Notes: generated by a model not told the origin, from the sequence alone. DNA of 64,000 nt from the human T2T-CHM13v2.0 reference genome, Homo sapiens (GCF_009914755.1 NC_060938.1), one strand, 5' to 3'. Counted from the stretch's first letter, positions 1 to 15,987 are shown. Numbers and translations are program-made.

Positions 1-1160
1 AAAGTAAATCAAGATGGATTAAAGACTTAAACATATGACCTAAAACCATAAAAACCCTAGAAGAAAACCCAGGCAATACCATTCAGGACATAGGCATGGG
101 CAAAGACTTCCTGACTAAAACACCGAAAGCAATGGCAACAAAAGCCAAAATTGACAAATGGGATCTAATTAAACTAAAGAGCTTCTGCACAGCAAAAGAA
201 ACTACCATCAGAGTGAACAGGCAACCTACAGAATGGGAGAAAATTTTTACAATCTATCCATCTGGCAAAGGGCTAATATCCAGAATCTACAAGGAACTTA
301 AACAAATTTACAAGAAAAAAACAAACAACCCCATCAAAAAGTGGGTGAAGGATATGAACAGACACTTCTTAAAAGAAGACATTTATACAGCCAACAGACA
401 CATGAAAAAATGCTCATCATCACTGGCCGTCAGAGAAATGCAAATCAAAACCACAATGAGATACCATCTCACACCAGTTAGAATGACGATCATTAAAAAG
501 TCAGGAAACAACAGATGCTGGAGAGGATGTGGAGAATTAGGAACGCTTTTACACTGTTGGTGGGAGTGTAAATCAGTTCAACCATTGTGGAAGACAGTGT
601 GGTGATTCCTCAAGGATCTAGAACCAGAAATACCATTTGACCCAACCATCCCATTACTGGGTATATACCCAAAGGATTATAAATCATTCTACTATAAACA
701 CACATGCACACGTATGTTTATTGTAGCACCATTCACAATAGCAAAGACTTGGAACCAACCCAAATGCCCATCAATGATAGACTGGATAAAGAAAATGTGG
801 CATATATACATCATGGAATACTATGCAACCATAAAAAGCATGAGTTCATGTCCTTTGCAGGGACATGGATGAAGCTGGAAACCATCATTCTCAGCAAACT
901 AATACAGGAACAGAAAACCAAACACCGCATGTTCTCACTCATAAGTGGGAGTTGAACAATAAGAACACTTGGACACAAGGAGGGGAACATCACACACTGG
1001 GGTCTGTTGTAGGGTGCAGGGCTAGGGGAGGGATAGCATTAGGAGAAATATCTAATATAGATGACAAGTTGATGGGTGCAGCAAACCACAATGGCACGTG
1101 TATAGCTATGTAACAAACCTGCACGTTCTGCACATGTATCCCAGAACTTAAAGTATAATT
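1..1160 (+). mobile_element. L1PA (L1PA6/7-like) 3' part: disrupted ORF2 C-terminus plus 3'UTR, extends beyond window start
   Basis: ORF 96..605 ([35 protein letters not shown]...HCWWECK) and the end of ORF 704..955 (MKLETIILSKL..QKTKHRMFSL) are L1 ORF2p C-terminus. Premature TGA at 603-605 plus a frameshift. 3'UTR ends ...ACTTAAAGTATAAT. Confidence 0.97.
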
Positions 1161-1218
1161 ACATACATATATATATATGTGTATATATGTATACACATAT
1201 ATATATATGTATGTATGT
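1161..1218. repeat. (TA)/(TATG) microsatellite in place of L1 poly(A) tail
   Basis: acatacatatatatatatgtgtatatatgt... directly after the L1 3' end. Confidence 0.85.
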
Positions 1219-1529
1219 AGTGGAGTTTCTTAAAAAATTAAAAAAGAAATGGAGATAGATAAGTGCAAAATAGCTGTTAAGAAAAAGATCTTCAAACAAG
1301 GGAAATAATATTACCGTAAATGCAAATTAATTGAGAGTAAGTTTAGAAAACATTCATGATGCAAAACAAGGCTTTTGGACCATTTCCTATTCTCCCAGCT
1401 ATGCCATGTTGACATAACATAAATGTTAACCTAAGGGCTGCAGTTGGCAAAATATATGTGATATATAAAGATATATTTTATGTAAATACATGAAAAATAT
1501 TTTCACAGGCACACACATATGTGATTAAA

Positions 1530-2660
1530 ATAAACAGCCTAACAGTTGAGAGTAGGTTGCAGACATGATGCTTTTCCCCCCAATTATGTTAGTGTACATT
1601 TCCTGAAAACAAGCAATTCTCGTACACAACTGCAGGACTGTTGTCAAAGTCAGGCACTTAATGCTGATCCAATACTGTTGTCTAATCTACAGACTTTATT
1701 CAGATTGCACCAACTTGCCATAATGATGTCCTTCCTAATAAAAGAAAATCCAAGATCATGAAGTGTGTCCAGTTTGTCACATCTCATTAGTTTTCTTTCA
1801 CCTGGAACAGTTCTTGAGGGGAGTATGTGTGTGAGAAAGAGAGTGTGTGTCTGTGTATGTTTTCCTGAGTCTCATGACACGGCATTTTGAAAGTGCATAA
1901 GCCAGTAATTTTGTAAAATGTGCCAATTTCAGTTTGTGTCATGATTAGATTCAGGTTATGCACTTTTGGTAAGAACACCACAAAAACGATTCTGAATTCT
2001 CAGTGCACCGTATCAGGAGGCAAATGCTGTTGGTTAGTCCTTATTCTGGCAATGATTATTTTGATCAATTAGGTATAGAGGTGTTTTCACTGTATTTTAC
2101 CTTTTGTAATTAATAGGTATCTTGTAGGGGATACTTTAAGACTATGTAACTATCTCATGAGTTATCAAACATTTACCCACCAATTTACCATATATAGTCA
2201 TGATTCTTGCCTGAATGAAAAATTATTATGATGGCTGCCAAATGGTGATTTTTCTATCATTCCTCTTATGTTTATCATTGGCTTTCTCCTGTAGGCAGAG
2301 CTTTCTCTTCTTATTTATTTTTTCATTTAATTAACTAATTTACATTGGTGTGGACTGTTAGATTCTTAATTTATTCAATAGGTTATAATTCTTTACTATC
2401 ATCAGATTATTTCAGATTTGACCAGTGGGTACCCCTTCAAAGGGACACCTATATCTTTGTGACATATTCCCATCATTCTTTGAGCACATCCTTACATTTT
2501 TGTACTATTTACATTTTTTCTACTTTGCCTGACCCAGCCCTGACATCAACCACTTCTCCAAGGAGCCGTGCTCTCCCTTCAGTGGAAAATGGTATCTATA
2601 TCCGCGGAGTGCTTACTGCTACTGAGGTGTTATTGCCTCTAAAATCTCTTAGCAGATATA
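1530..2660 (-). mobile_element. Old L1 (L1MC-like) 3'UTR fragment
   Basis: ttgagagtaggttgcagacatgatg...ctaatctacagactttattcagatt... and tgcctgaatgaaaaattattatgatggctgccaaatggtgatttttct resemble L1MC 3' ends in reverse. Confidence 0.65.
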
Positions 2661-2989
2661 ACTGAGAAATATATATGTATGCGCTTCTCTTGTGTGTGTG
2701 TGGGGGGGTATAGATGTGTGTGAGTGTGTACATATGCATACATACACACACATATACACAGTCACACACATCTGTAGTCATTCCTATATCTCTCTCTCTA
2801 TATTCAAATCTCTGTGTAAATGAATAAATGAGCCACAGAGAAAATAGGAAAAAATACTTGTAGTACATGTATTTTAAAGAGAACATGTTTCTAAGATATA
2901 TGAAAAACTCAATAAATTATAATGAATATATTATAAATACTACGTAGAATAAAACATGCAAATTGAATATGTATTAAATAATATAAGCA

Positions 2990-4212
<1,223 letters not shown>

Positions 4213-4213
4213 T

Positions 4214-4997
4214 TGTGCTAGGCAGAATAATGCCTCCTCCTCAAAGAGGTTCATGTTCTAATCTCAAACTAGTGAATATGTTTCTTTACGTGGCCAAAGG
4301 GACTTTGCTGATATGATTGCATTAAGCTTCTTGAGATGGGGAGATTCTCCTGTATTCTCCAGACGGGTTCTAAATGTAATCACAAGTGTTCTTATAAGAG
4401 GGAAGCAGGAGGGTCAAAGTCAAAAGGAGAAGATGTGATGATGCAAGCGGAGGTTGGAGTGGTGCCGTTGCTGGAAGGCCGTGAACCAAGGAATGCAGGC
4501 AGTTTCTAGAATATGGAAAAGGTAAGGAATGGTTATCCTCTAGAGCCTTCAGAAGGAGCACAGCCCTGACAACTTCCTGATTTTACCTTTGTAAGATTCA
4601 CTTTTGGACGTCACAAAAATTTTTTTAAATATTTTTTAAGAGGTGAGGTCTTGCTCTGTTGCCCAGGCTGGAGTGCAATGGTGCACACATGGCTCAATGC
4701 ATCCTTGATCTCTTGGGCTCAAGCCATCCTCCTGCCTCCACCTCCTGAGGAGCTGGACTTTAGGTGCATGCCACCATAGCTGGCTAACTTTTTTCACTTT
4801 TTAAAAGAGATGAGCCCTCACTATGTTGTCCAGGCTGGTCTTGAACTTCTGGGCTCAAGTGATCTTCCTACCTCAGCCTCCAAGTAGTTGACACTACAGG
4901 TATGAGCCACTGCACCTGACCATTTTTGGACTTCTGATATCCAGAACTATAACATAGTACATTTGTGTTGTTTTAAGCCACTAAGTTTGTGGTAATT
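4214..4997 (+). mobile_element. MLT1 (MLT1C/D-like) MaLR LTR, split by AluJ
   Basis: tgtgctaggcagaataatgcc...gggactttgctgat...gtaatcacaagtgttcttataagaggg; resumes at 4925 with ttttggacttctga...ttttaagccactaagtttgtggtaattt. Confidence 0.85.
4620..4921 (-). mobile_element. AluJ
   Basis: Diverged reverse Alu with gggctcaagccatcctcctgcc diagnostic. Confidence 0.9.
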
Positions 4998-5207
4998 TCT
5001 CTTTCTTTCTTTCTTTCCTTTTCCTTTACCTTTTCCTTTTCCTTTCCCTTTCCCTTTTTCTTTTCCTTTTCCTCTTCCTTTCCTTCCTTCTTTCTTTCTT
5101 TTTGACAGAGGCTCACTCTGTTGCCCAGGCTGGAGTCCACATCCCAGGTTCAAGCAATTCTTATGCCTCGCCTCTTGGGTATCTAGTATTACAGGTGTGC
5201 ACCACCA
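4998..5207 (-). mobile_element. Partial Alu with expanded (CCTTTT)n pyrimidine tail
   Basis: ~100-bp CT-rich tract 4998-5103, then gacagaggctcactctgttgcccaggctggag. Confidence 0.75.
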
Positions 5208-5563
5208 GGGAAGAACCGCTTGTCATGGTCGGCTTCAGGTAGAGGCAGCTCCTGGGGAAAAATGGCCTGAGGCTCCCAGGACTGTGGCTGTTGGTGACAA
5301 ACACATGGCCACTTCCTACAAAGCATGCTCATGGTGTCAAGAAGGCTGAGCCAGGAATGTTCCAGAATCATTACCCTGCTGTGCCCAAACCAGGCCTCTC
5401 TTAGGACTGGCTGAGTTTGCAATGATTGTTCTGTCCCCCAAGACCAGCCTCTACCCTCTCTGGTGAGTCTTAGGGAACCCTGTTCTCCTCTCCGGCTAGG
5501 AGGCCTCATCTGAGGCCATTTTGCCCTTCTGTCATGTTTCATTATGTTGAAAAAACAAAACAA

Positions 5564-6785
<1,222 letters not shown>

Positions 6786-8244
6786 GGAAGCCTGTTCTAT
6801 CACGTTTGAATCTCAGTGTGGAGTCTGTGTCTCCAGCTGTTGTTGTGTTTTACAGTCATTCCATAATTGATTTATTAATTGTGGTAACAGTCACATGAAA
6901 AAATAATGTTTGGACCCATTAACATGTACAAATATTCTTCGAAGCCTATTGCTTTGCAAAGAGACTACACACTTGCATCAAGCTAAATACAAAATAGCAA
7001 AAAAGGAACAAAAAAGAAGCTTTCATTAGTGATGCTGAGCATTGTGTCCTCCACCAAGAGACACACCTGGCACACACCTGGCAGGGCCCAGGGCATGAGT
7101 ACAAATGGAGGCCTATATACCATGGCTCTTACAAATTGAAAGTTATAAATTAAGCAAACAAACTGTTAAATTATGTCCTATCTACCTGCCAAAACAATAC
7201 ACCTTCACAAAAAAATGTACAAAGTTATATAGTCTTATATTACTGAAAATCGGCAAATATCAAAGACAACTGACTGTAATTATTGTTGCACATGCCTGGG
7301 TGTTCCCTTGATGTGTTGGGCATGTTTGGGTGAGTCATAAATTAAAGACATATGTAATTTGCAAATTGTACATTTATTCTAAAATTTTTATTTTTCTTGC
7401 CTAACGTCAGCAGTATCTCCAATTATGCTGTTTAATCAAGATTTCCACAAAATTTCTGTTCTCTTGATGGTAATGCCAAATTACATAATCTTTCTTGAGT
7501 CATTGAAATTATTATATGGTTTTAAAATTCCAACCTGGGAAACCTCTCTGCCGAGGCTGTAATGATTAAAACTGCCAATAAAGTTCTTCAGACATTACTT
7601 AAATTAAAAAATGAACCACAAATATTACTAACATGTTCAAACATTGTCATGGGATTTTGTGTGATAAACTATTTTTATCATAGAAAATACTACTACATAT
7701 TTTAACTCATCTAAATTACTATTTTTATATCACAACTGTAATTGTCTCTTAATGTCTAGATCCATTCAATATTTTTTCTTTTTTTGTTTTTTTGAATAGT
7801 CCTGTTGCAATAAGTATTTTCTTCTTTTAAATTATTCAACACTATGGTATTATGAAGATAACTTGAAAATAGCAGTTTGATACTCAATTTGTTAAAATCT
7901 CTCTTCAATTAATAATATACTTCGATTTGTGATTTGCCTTTCTGAAATTTCAGAATTATTTATACATGAATCTTTTTTCATTGTCATAAAAACTTTATAA
8001 TTCCCTTTTTAAAAGTTCTCTCCCCACTGAAGGAGGAAAAGTAAAATGCGTAGCTGCCTTAAATTGTGTAAGCCAATGACTGAGCCTTTGATCTTAGATT
8101 GTCTGCTGGATGGAGTTCACCTTGAACCACATGCTATGCTTACCACTCACTAATGTATGTAAGGAATTTTTTAAAGGACTTTGAAAATGAATATATTCTA
8201 TCAGCTTTAAAACAAAAGTTCTCTCCCCAACACCCCCCTCCACC

Positions 8245-8381
8245 TTTTTTTTTTTTTTTTTTTGTGGAGACAAGGTCTTACCGTATTGCCCAGTCTGGTC
8301 TCAAACTCTTGTTCTCAAGAGTTCTTATGGCTTGGTATCCCAAAGCACTGGAATTACAGGTATGAGCAACCATGCTTGGCC
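8245..8381 (-). mobile_element. FLAM/Alu monomer
   Basis: poly(T) then gtggagacaaggtcttaccgtattgcccagtctgg...catgcttggcc. Confidence 0.85.
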
Positions 8382-9213
8382 TTCTTTTAAACAACTCTTT
8401 ATACTTTATCTAAGCATAACCTTTGTTGCATATTTTATGCCAATTTTTTCAATTAAGAAAACAATTTCTAAAAGTAAACTATATATATGTATATATAGTT
8501 TAATGCCTTTAACAAAGTATCAAACTAGATCTGTTTTGTTTTGTTAGTTTTTAAAAGTTAAAATTAAGCAATAGATTATACTAAATAAATGTGGATGGCA
8601 CAAACTCAAAATTAATTTCATTTTTGGTGATTATTCACTCATTTGGGAATGTTATTTTGCCACACTCTCCTAGTGGATCCTAATTGTTCTAACATGTGGT
8701 CCAAATTCCCATTATGTGTCAAATGATGGTGTAGGGTCCAATTTCATATGTGTTTCATCATGCTAGTTCATTTTTGGGCTGACCCAGGAGATACTGAATT
8801 TTATCTCTGAATTGTTCCAAAGAATAGTGTTGCCATGGGTGCAGATGAGCTCATTTCTCCCAGTAATAAATTCCAACTCTGTGCATATGTAGCACAAAGA
8901 AATGCTTCTGGATTTTTGGTAAACATTCTGGCTTAATCACCTTATTCTTTGCCGACCATGTTAGTGAGATTAGGTAAGCCATGAAGTTTGCCCTCATCAA
9001 TCTCTTAAATCAATGCCTAAAATTGAAAATTATTTTCTCAGCTTTTCAGTAAAGTCTAAACCTATTTTCACAACTGATGTCAACCAGTGGAATACTGTTG
9101 CGTTTTGACTTGTTTCCTTTTCTGGTAGTTCAACAACACATATAGTGAATATTACTTCATCAACATGAATTTTGACCCTGTTACAACCTAGTTGAACTGA
9201 ATAATAGTATCTT

Positions 9214-9520
9214 TAATTTTATTTATTTATTTATTTATTTAGACAGGGACTCCCTTTGTCCGCCAGGCTGGAGCGCAGTGTTGTGATCACAGCTCACTGC
9301 AGCCTGGACCTCCCTGGCTCAGATGATTCTCCCATCTCAGCCTCCTGAGTAGCTGGGACCACAGGCATGCACCACCACACCTGGCTAATTTTGGTATTTT
9401 TTGTAGAGAGAAGGTTTCACCATATTGCCCAGGCTGGTCTCAAACTCCTGGGCTCAAGAGATCACCTGCCTCAGCCTCCCAAAGTTCTGTTATTACAGGC
9501 ATGCGCCATTGTGCCCAGCC
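9214..9520 (-). mobile_element. AluJ with TSD
   Basis: Reverse Alu with (TTTA)n tail; aatagtatcttt duplicated on both sides. Confidence 0.95.
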
Positions 9521-10860
9521 AATAGTATCTTTTTAAAAATTACATATGTTTTTTTCCTCACCTTATTACTCATTAAATTAAGAGCTTCATTTTGAATTTT
9601 CTAACCTTGAGAGTGATCATTTGCTTCATTATATTTTTGTTCATTTTAGCATCAAAATGTGAAACAATTTCTACTAAACCTAGATATTGTGCTTTTACTG
9701 ACACAGAAAGCATCATTATGCATAGCAAATTTTGGGTACGTAGTGTCATCCTTTTCAGAACATCAGAGTAAGGTTCTGAGGTGGCATTTCCTTATCTTTA
9801 TTGAATATGATCAATTATTCTTTATTCATCCTTTTGTTTCAGAAATTGCATTGTACTTTTTCTATGTGCAAATAACATTTTGTGACATGTAATTACATCT
9901 TCATTTGGTGAAGAATATGAGGTTGTAGGCATTTCATATGACCTGTGCAGACTGTGAATTGATAAGAATAATTTGCTAATTTTAATTTTTTAATCGCAAT
10001 TAAGTCTTCATTAAATAGAGAATACGTAATATCTTGGTCAGGACTTTTCTGTGGGGCATACTTGCCAGACATTTGCTCATTTCCCTTGTTTCTAGTTTTA
10101 AAATACGTATGCAATCTGCCTCTTTGAGGAACTTCTACTTATTTTCTGGTTAGCTCATTTTCTTTCTGAGTTCCACTTTTGTATATTTTATTTCTAACAT
10201 GATCTCAATGATCCAAAGCATTAAACAATAAAACTCAAAGTGTATGTAATTTAGACACACTTTTATTTAAAATGTAAGTGGAAGTAAATTTGAAAATAAA
10301 AAATTGTAATAAAATATATATATTTTAGAAAATTATATTTCTTTGGAAATATCAAAAATTATATGCTAAAATTAAAGGAGGGTATACCTTTTAATTAATA
10401 AAAACATTTTAAATAAAAAAGATTAAAATGAAGTTAAAATATTTCTACTTAATTTTTTGAAAATTTAATTAAATCACATTAAATATTTTTATAAAACTAC
10501 AGTGATTTACAATTCCAAGATTCATTGTCTCTCCAGTTACCAATGTAAAGAGTCAATGTCAAGCTTTATACTTGTTGTGTCTAGACCTATTTCTATTAAG
10601 AGTAATATGAATTGTTTAATATTGCAAAATATTTTATTGCCATTATGCAACTGCTGTGAACATCATGGAAGTTGTGAGAATCTCTAGAACTGTAACTTGG
10701 AGTATTAAGTGAATAAAAAAATGGATGTTTGGCACTACTGGGAAATGATAGTATATTTTGAGAAAATCCATTACATTTCTGTTCTCTAAGAGAAATAAAT
10801 CAATTTGTGTTGTCTCTTACTGAAGCAGTGTCTACCTCTGACATTGGCATCAGAGCAATT

Positions 10861-11265
10861 CTATTAGTCCATTCTCACACTGCTATAAATATGTGAGGCT
10901 GGGTAATTTATAGAGGAAAGAGATTTAATTGGCTTACAGTTCCACAGTCTGTACAGGAAGCATGATGCTGGCCTCTCCTCAGCTTCTGGGGGGCCTCAGG
11001 AAACTTACAATCATGGCAGAAGGCCAAGAGGAAGCATGCACATCTTACATGGCTGGAGGAGGAAGAGAGTGAGGGGAAGTGCTACACACTTTTAAGCAGC
11101 TGGATCCCGAGAGAACTCTATCATGAGAACAGCACTAGGGGGATGGTGCTAAACATGAGAAACCGCTGCCAGGATCCAGTAACCTCCCACCAGGCCCCAC
11201 CTCCAGCACTGGGAATTACATTTCAACATGAGATTTGGGTAGAGACACAGATCCAAACCATATCA
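10861..11265 (-). mobile_element. MST (MSTA-like) MaLR solo LTR
   Basis: tattagtccattctcacactgctataa...cctcaggaaacttacaatcatggcagaagg...gacacagatccaaaccatatca. Confidence 0.92.
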
Positions 11266-11967
11266 GCAATACAAAGCCTTTCAAGACTTCTAGACACAAT
11301 TGCCTTCTGTTTCAAGGTCTTTGGAAAGAAATGTAGAATCCTTTCCCAACCCTGGCTGGTGTTGGTTATGAGTTAGGTTTAGGTTGCAGGTCACACCGAG
11401 CCAGAGTGCATTTGTGGCACTTGCAGAAGTGCATGTCCCCTAAAATATAGAGTCTAGGGTGGATCCCCTTTTGCTGAGGTCAGGGCAATCAGTACTGACA
11501 CCTTGCATCACAGCAGTGTGGATCAAAGAAGATATTGAGGGTTATAAAAATTATTTCTTTTTTGTGTTAAAAAAAAGACTTGTTAAATACAAACATGGGC
11601 TGAAACTCTTATAAATTAATAGCCAACACCCAACAAACCAAACCAGATACCAAAAAAACTAGCAGAAAACCCTAACCCCCAAAACACTGTGTAAAGTTTT
11701 CTCAAGTGAAGGATAAGCGTATTCTTTTGCCAGATCAGTTGTTTTTTACAGCTCAACATCCACATGTAGCCCAAAAAAGTGTATCCAAAAATGAAAAAGA
11801 GCTTGTGCATACTATCAACAAGTGTGGTCTCCCTGTTGTACTTCATGGCGCTTATCCCAACTTGTAGTTAATTTTAAATTTATGTATCATATGTTTAGTG
11901 TTTGTTTTTCTTGTTGGAATGTGAGGAAGATAATGAAGCCTACCTTTTTCTTCCTTCTTTGAGTTCA

Positions 11968-12265
<298 letters not shown>

Positions 12266-13103
12266 ATAAGACAGACATCAGACACATAAAAGTATCAGCC
12301 TAATTACTGATAACTTCACTTGCTGCTGGTTTTTATAACTCATTCAAAGGGGGATGGAGTTTTTGCAAATTTAATTATAACCTTGCTGGATACACAAAAC
12401 ACAATCACCCATTCCCGAGTTCTTTTAGGAGATATCTTAAACATTTCCAGAGATTAAAAAAAAAACTATTTAAAATTTCTTTTAATTAAAAAAAATTATC
12501 ATATGGCTCGCTGGGAGTAGAATTGCAAAAGAATGAAGCCACGCTACACAAAAACAGGACCGTGCTGGGTGATGCATAGAGTGTGTACACAGGGCCCGAA
12601 CATGTTTGAACACAGAAAGTAGTGACTCTTCTCTGCATGCATGCCGGGTCATTCTTTCTCAGCATGTTCAGCCAAGGGTGATGGAGATGGATATGTAAGG
12701 AGGATACCTAAGATTCCAGAGTTCCTGACTCTGCAGGCATCGTAGAGTCTTCAGCATAAAACAAGAGACCTCAATTTTCATTCCTTTTGAAAGGATGGCT
12801 TGAGAGAGTTCAGTTAGGTCGTGTGAAGTTGCCAGGGGCCTCATACTGGGAGAGAGATAAGAAACGAGTGAATAAATAAATGGAAGTAGCTCAGAAAGAA
12901 CGTTCAGACAGAGTAGAAACATATATTCATCAAAAGTAAGTAAACAAAACCAGATTAATGCTTAGAATGAGATGGTGGATTGGGGAGGATTAGTCCCTCC
13001 CAGGAGGCCATGAGCCAGAGGTGAGCCTGCCTGCAGTGGTCGTGCAGGGGAAGCTACAGATAGGAGGTGTAGGAAGATGTGATAGGGCTTACAGATAAGA
13101 GTC

Positions 13104-13145
13104 AAAAAATAAAATAAAATAAATAAAATAAAATAAAATAAAAAT
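13104..13145. repeat. (AAAAT)n microsatellite
   Basis: aaaaaataaaataaaataaataaaataaaataaaataaaaat. Confidence 0.85.
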
Positions 13146-13643
13146 GCTCTGTCTTCTAAATAAATTGATTCAGAAGTCTGGATATCCTGCAGCACGCCTG
13201 ATGGGTTGCTGCTAGTGGAACAGACTAAGAACTTGTTGCCTTCAAACGTGAGCTGAGTAAAAAGCCATCGCTAAGAGGAATGTACACAGAAACTTACCAG
13301 GTACACCTGAAGGTGAGGCTGCCTTGCAGAAGACCATTTCACCTGTTTGAACTTTGAGAAACATTGGTTCAGATCTAACACTATGTAGAGTTTTGAGTGA
13401 ATGGTTAGCAGCGTTTTCTTTAAAAGGGGACGTTTCTACCCACAAACTAAATGACCCAAATAAGGCAGATACTATGGGGCTCAGCCAAGTAAACCATTCT
13501 GTCCGCACTGGTATCCCAGCCATGTCTTATTTATTTACCTAGCTTTACTTTAGATTTTTATCTTACTACAATTATAGTAGGAGATCTAATAAATCCAGCA
13601 ATAGGAACAGAGAGACCTTAAATATGTAGATAGCAGCCGAGTA

Positions 13644-13932
13644 ATTTTTTTTTTTTTTTTGAGACGGAGTTTCGCTCTTGTCACCCAGGCTGCAATGTAA
13701 TGGCATGATCTTGACTCACTGCAACCTCTGTCTCCCAGGTTCAAGGGACGATCTCCTGAGTAGCTGGGATTACAGTCGCCCACCACCATACCCAGCTAAT
13801 TTTTGTATTTTTAGTAGAGGCAGGCTTTTGCTGTGTTGGCCAGGCTGGTCTCGAATTCCTGACCTCAGGTGATCTACCCACCTCGGCCTCCCAAAGTGCT
13901 AGGATTACAGGTGTGAGCCACCGTGCCCAGCC
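13644..13932 (-). mobile_element. AluS with small internal deletion
   Basis: Reverse Alu; right-arm segment shortened at ~13745. Confidence 0.95.
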
Positions 13933-15862
13933 AGCCAAGCAAATCTTATATGTCCTGTGCAATTTTATGGGGGCAAAGTAGGCTGGAAGGTGGAAATGTC
14001 CTTGCAAATCTGCACCTTCTGAAGAATTTGATTTTTGAAGACTAAGGGGTAACAAGGCTGGCTGTTTACTTTCACTCTTCAAAGTGAAAATTTAGCCTTG
14101 GATCCATCCTTTGAGATCATCTAATCTCACCTTCTCCTTTCAGAAAGGGTAACAGACCCATCAAGGGCCAATGCTTTGTTAAAGATTCTAACACCCCACT
14201 AGCAGTCAACCAGGATTCCCTGTATTCCCAAAATCGTAACTCAAAGGCATCCTCTGATTAGACTGGAATATTGAGGACCAAAAGAATCAGTATCTTCTGG
14301 TATGTGTGACATCTGGGCAGTAGGGGCTCCTGAGGCTGCCCTCAAGTCCTTCAACAAGTTTGTCCTCATGCATAGACCTTGTGGGACTCTCCCATTCCCC
14401 TGCCACCCACAGGGAAGACTTTGGAGGAGTGATGAGCCCTGCTGGAATGTGCTTCCAGCCACCACCACCCACATGCTGGGGTCCTGGCTTCCTGATGTGG
14501 CCCGTTGTCTTGGAGAACACAGAGGGTTTTGTGCTATTTTCTTTCCTTAGTGATTCAGGAAGAGAATTTACACACAGCTCAGTGACACTGGGGGAAAGTG
14601 AGGATTCACCTTTAGAGATCTGAACGTCAGATTTGAAATGTTCTGCAATTGATCAGCTGGGTCCGCGAGATTGATCTTCCTGCCAGTCCCCTTCTCACGC
14701 CTCTTTTCAGGCAGGAATGTCCTCTTTATGGTTTAACTCACCCCCAGAGACCTCCTCGTTCCCTCTCTACTATACTTTGGAGGATTTTCAGCCTCAGGAA
14801 AGCTCTCTTGCCTCCTGTGACCCCCCTCAGATAAGAGAGAAAGAGACTTCCAGGAACTCATCAAAGGGCTGCGAACAGCCAGCAACTTCAGACTACCCAG
14901 GAAGAATATAAAGCAAGATGTCAGCTTTCCTTCCGTGTAAAATCCAACCCCAAAGCTATCTTAAGGTAGGGCACACGGCACGATTCAACAGATCTTTGTT
15001 GACTGAATGAATGAATTTGCAGTCACAAAGACTGAGATTTCAGAACATGGCGAGGTCTGTTTAACATTGATTGTCTGATTTCAGAGAAAAGGAAACAGAG
15101 AGGCAAATTTCCTCTAATTTCAATTAGAATATTTTGGAGATGACAGCATTCTTAGTGATTATTCTGTTTCCTTGTTGTTTTCTACAAATAGGAATTTAAT
15201 GACCTGAATTTCTCATTCTCCGAACTTTGGTTTAATAACGTATATTCAAGTATTTTTATTTTTGACTTGAATAGAATACCTATTGGAAAGATACCCAAAC
15301 TGCTCTTTCCTCAAATTTCCCATTCCTCGCTCATGCTTCCTAAATACTTGCCTGTGGAGTAGCTCATTAAGCTGGGAACCAGGTGGTGACTTTGGGGTCT
15401 TTATGCTTTAATCCTAGGTCTTGCTGTGGGCTCATGATGTCCAAAGTGGGGCCCCTTGACAGTTACAAAACTGCCTGAGGTTCAGATTTACAAATAACGG
15501 ACAATCCTGCCAAAGCTGCTTTGATGAGTACAATTAAAAAACAACACAGACATTTAAAAAAAGCTATTTTATGCCACTATTAAGTAATTTAGATAATCTA
15601 GGATGTTAATAATTAAGATCCATGCCCCAAAACACCATACAGCAAATTCTTACAGATTTGTGGTTCAGTTCCAGCTCTTAGAGAAGCAAAGGAAAAACCA
15701 GTACAGTGGGTATGAGGCTTTAGACACATCATTCAAACTATTCAAGCCTCACCACAGCTTAAATAGTGTTCAGCACACAGTAGGTCTTTCATGCATTCTT
15801 ATTGGATGATGAGTGCACGTATCTGTAAATAGAGAGTGTACTTAAATTCTTTTAAAAAATAA

Positions 15863-15987
15863 GGCTGGGTGCAGTGGCTCATGCCTGTAATCCCAGTGCT
15901 TTGGAGTCTGAGGGTTGGAAATTGCTTGAGGCCAGGAGTTTGAGACCAGCCTGGGCCACACAGTGAGAACCCTGTCGCTACCAAAAT
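15863..15987 (+). mobile_element. FLAM_C/Alu left monomer
   Basis: ggctgggtgcagtggctc...gagaaccctgtcgcta, no right arm. Confidence 0.85.

Larger units (their letters stand above)
7385..9900 (-). pseudogene. Degenerate hAT transposase (DUF4371 core plus hATC dimerisation domain)
   Basis: Manual minus-strand reads: ~9210-9130 RYYYSVQLGCNRVKIHVDEVIFTICVV (cf. YYSIILDCTPDxSHxEQ); ~9020-8870 LGIDLR..GQ...NMVGKE*GD*ARMFTKNPEAFLCATYAQSWNL (cf. CRGQxYDNGANMxG...NPxAxFxPCxAHSLNL); 7620-7440 FFNLSNV*RTLLAVLIITASAERFPRLEF*NHIIISMTQERLCNLALPSRE (cf. RILLTIPVTxASAERSFSKLKLIKNYLRSTMxQERLxxLAILSIE). Many stops and frameshifts. Confidence 0.88.
7045..11497 (-). mobile_element. Fossil autonomous hAT-Tip100 DNA transposon (Zaphod-like), near full length, with nested FLAM, AluJ and MST
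   Basis: Minus-strand translation gives decayed hAT transposase motifs (see pseudogene entry). Ends resemble recalled Zaphod/MER115 termini (gagtacaaatggaggcc at ~7097; ...cagtactg at 11490-11497). Boundaries are approximate. Confidence 0.75.

Noticed and set aside
96-955. ORFs of 169 aa and 83 aa as a host gene
   Set aside because: They are broken L1 ORF2 C-terminal sequence with a stop and a frameshift.
4947-5153. KGKGKGKG low-complexity ORF
   Set aside because: It is a translation of a (CCTTTT)n Alu tail.
7385-9900. Domesticated ZBED/ZMYM1-like transposase gene
   Set aside because: Multiple stops, frameshifts and nested Alu/FLAM insertions; the catalytic motif is degraded.
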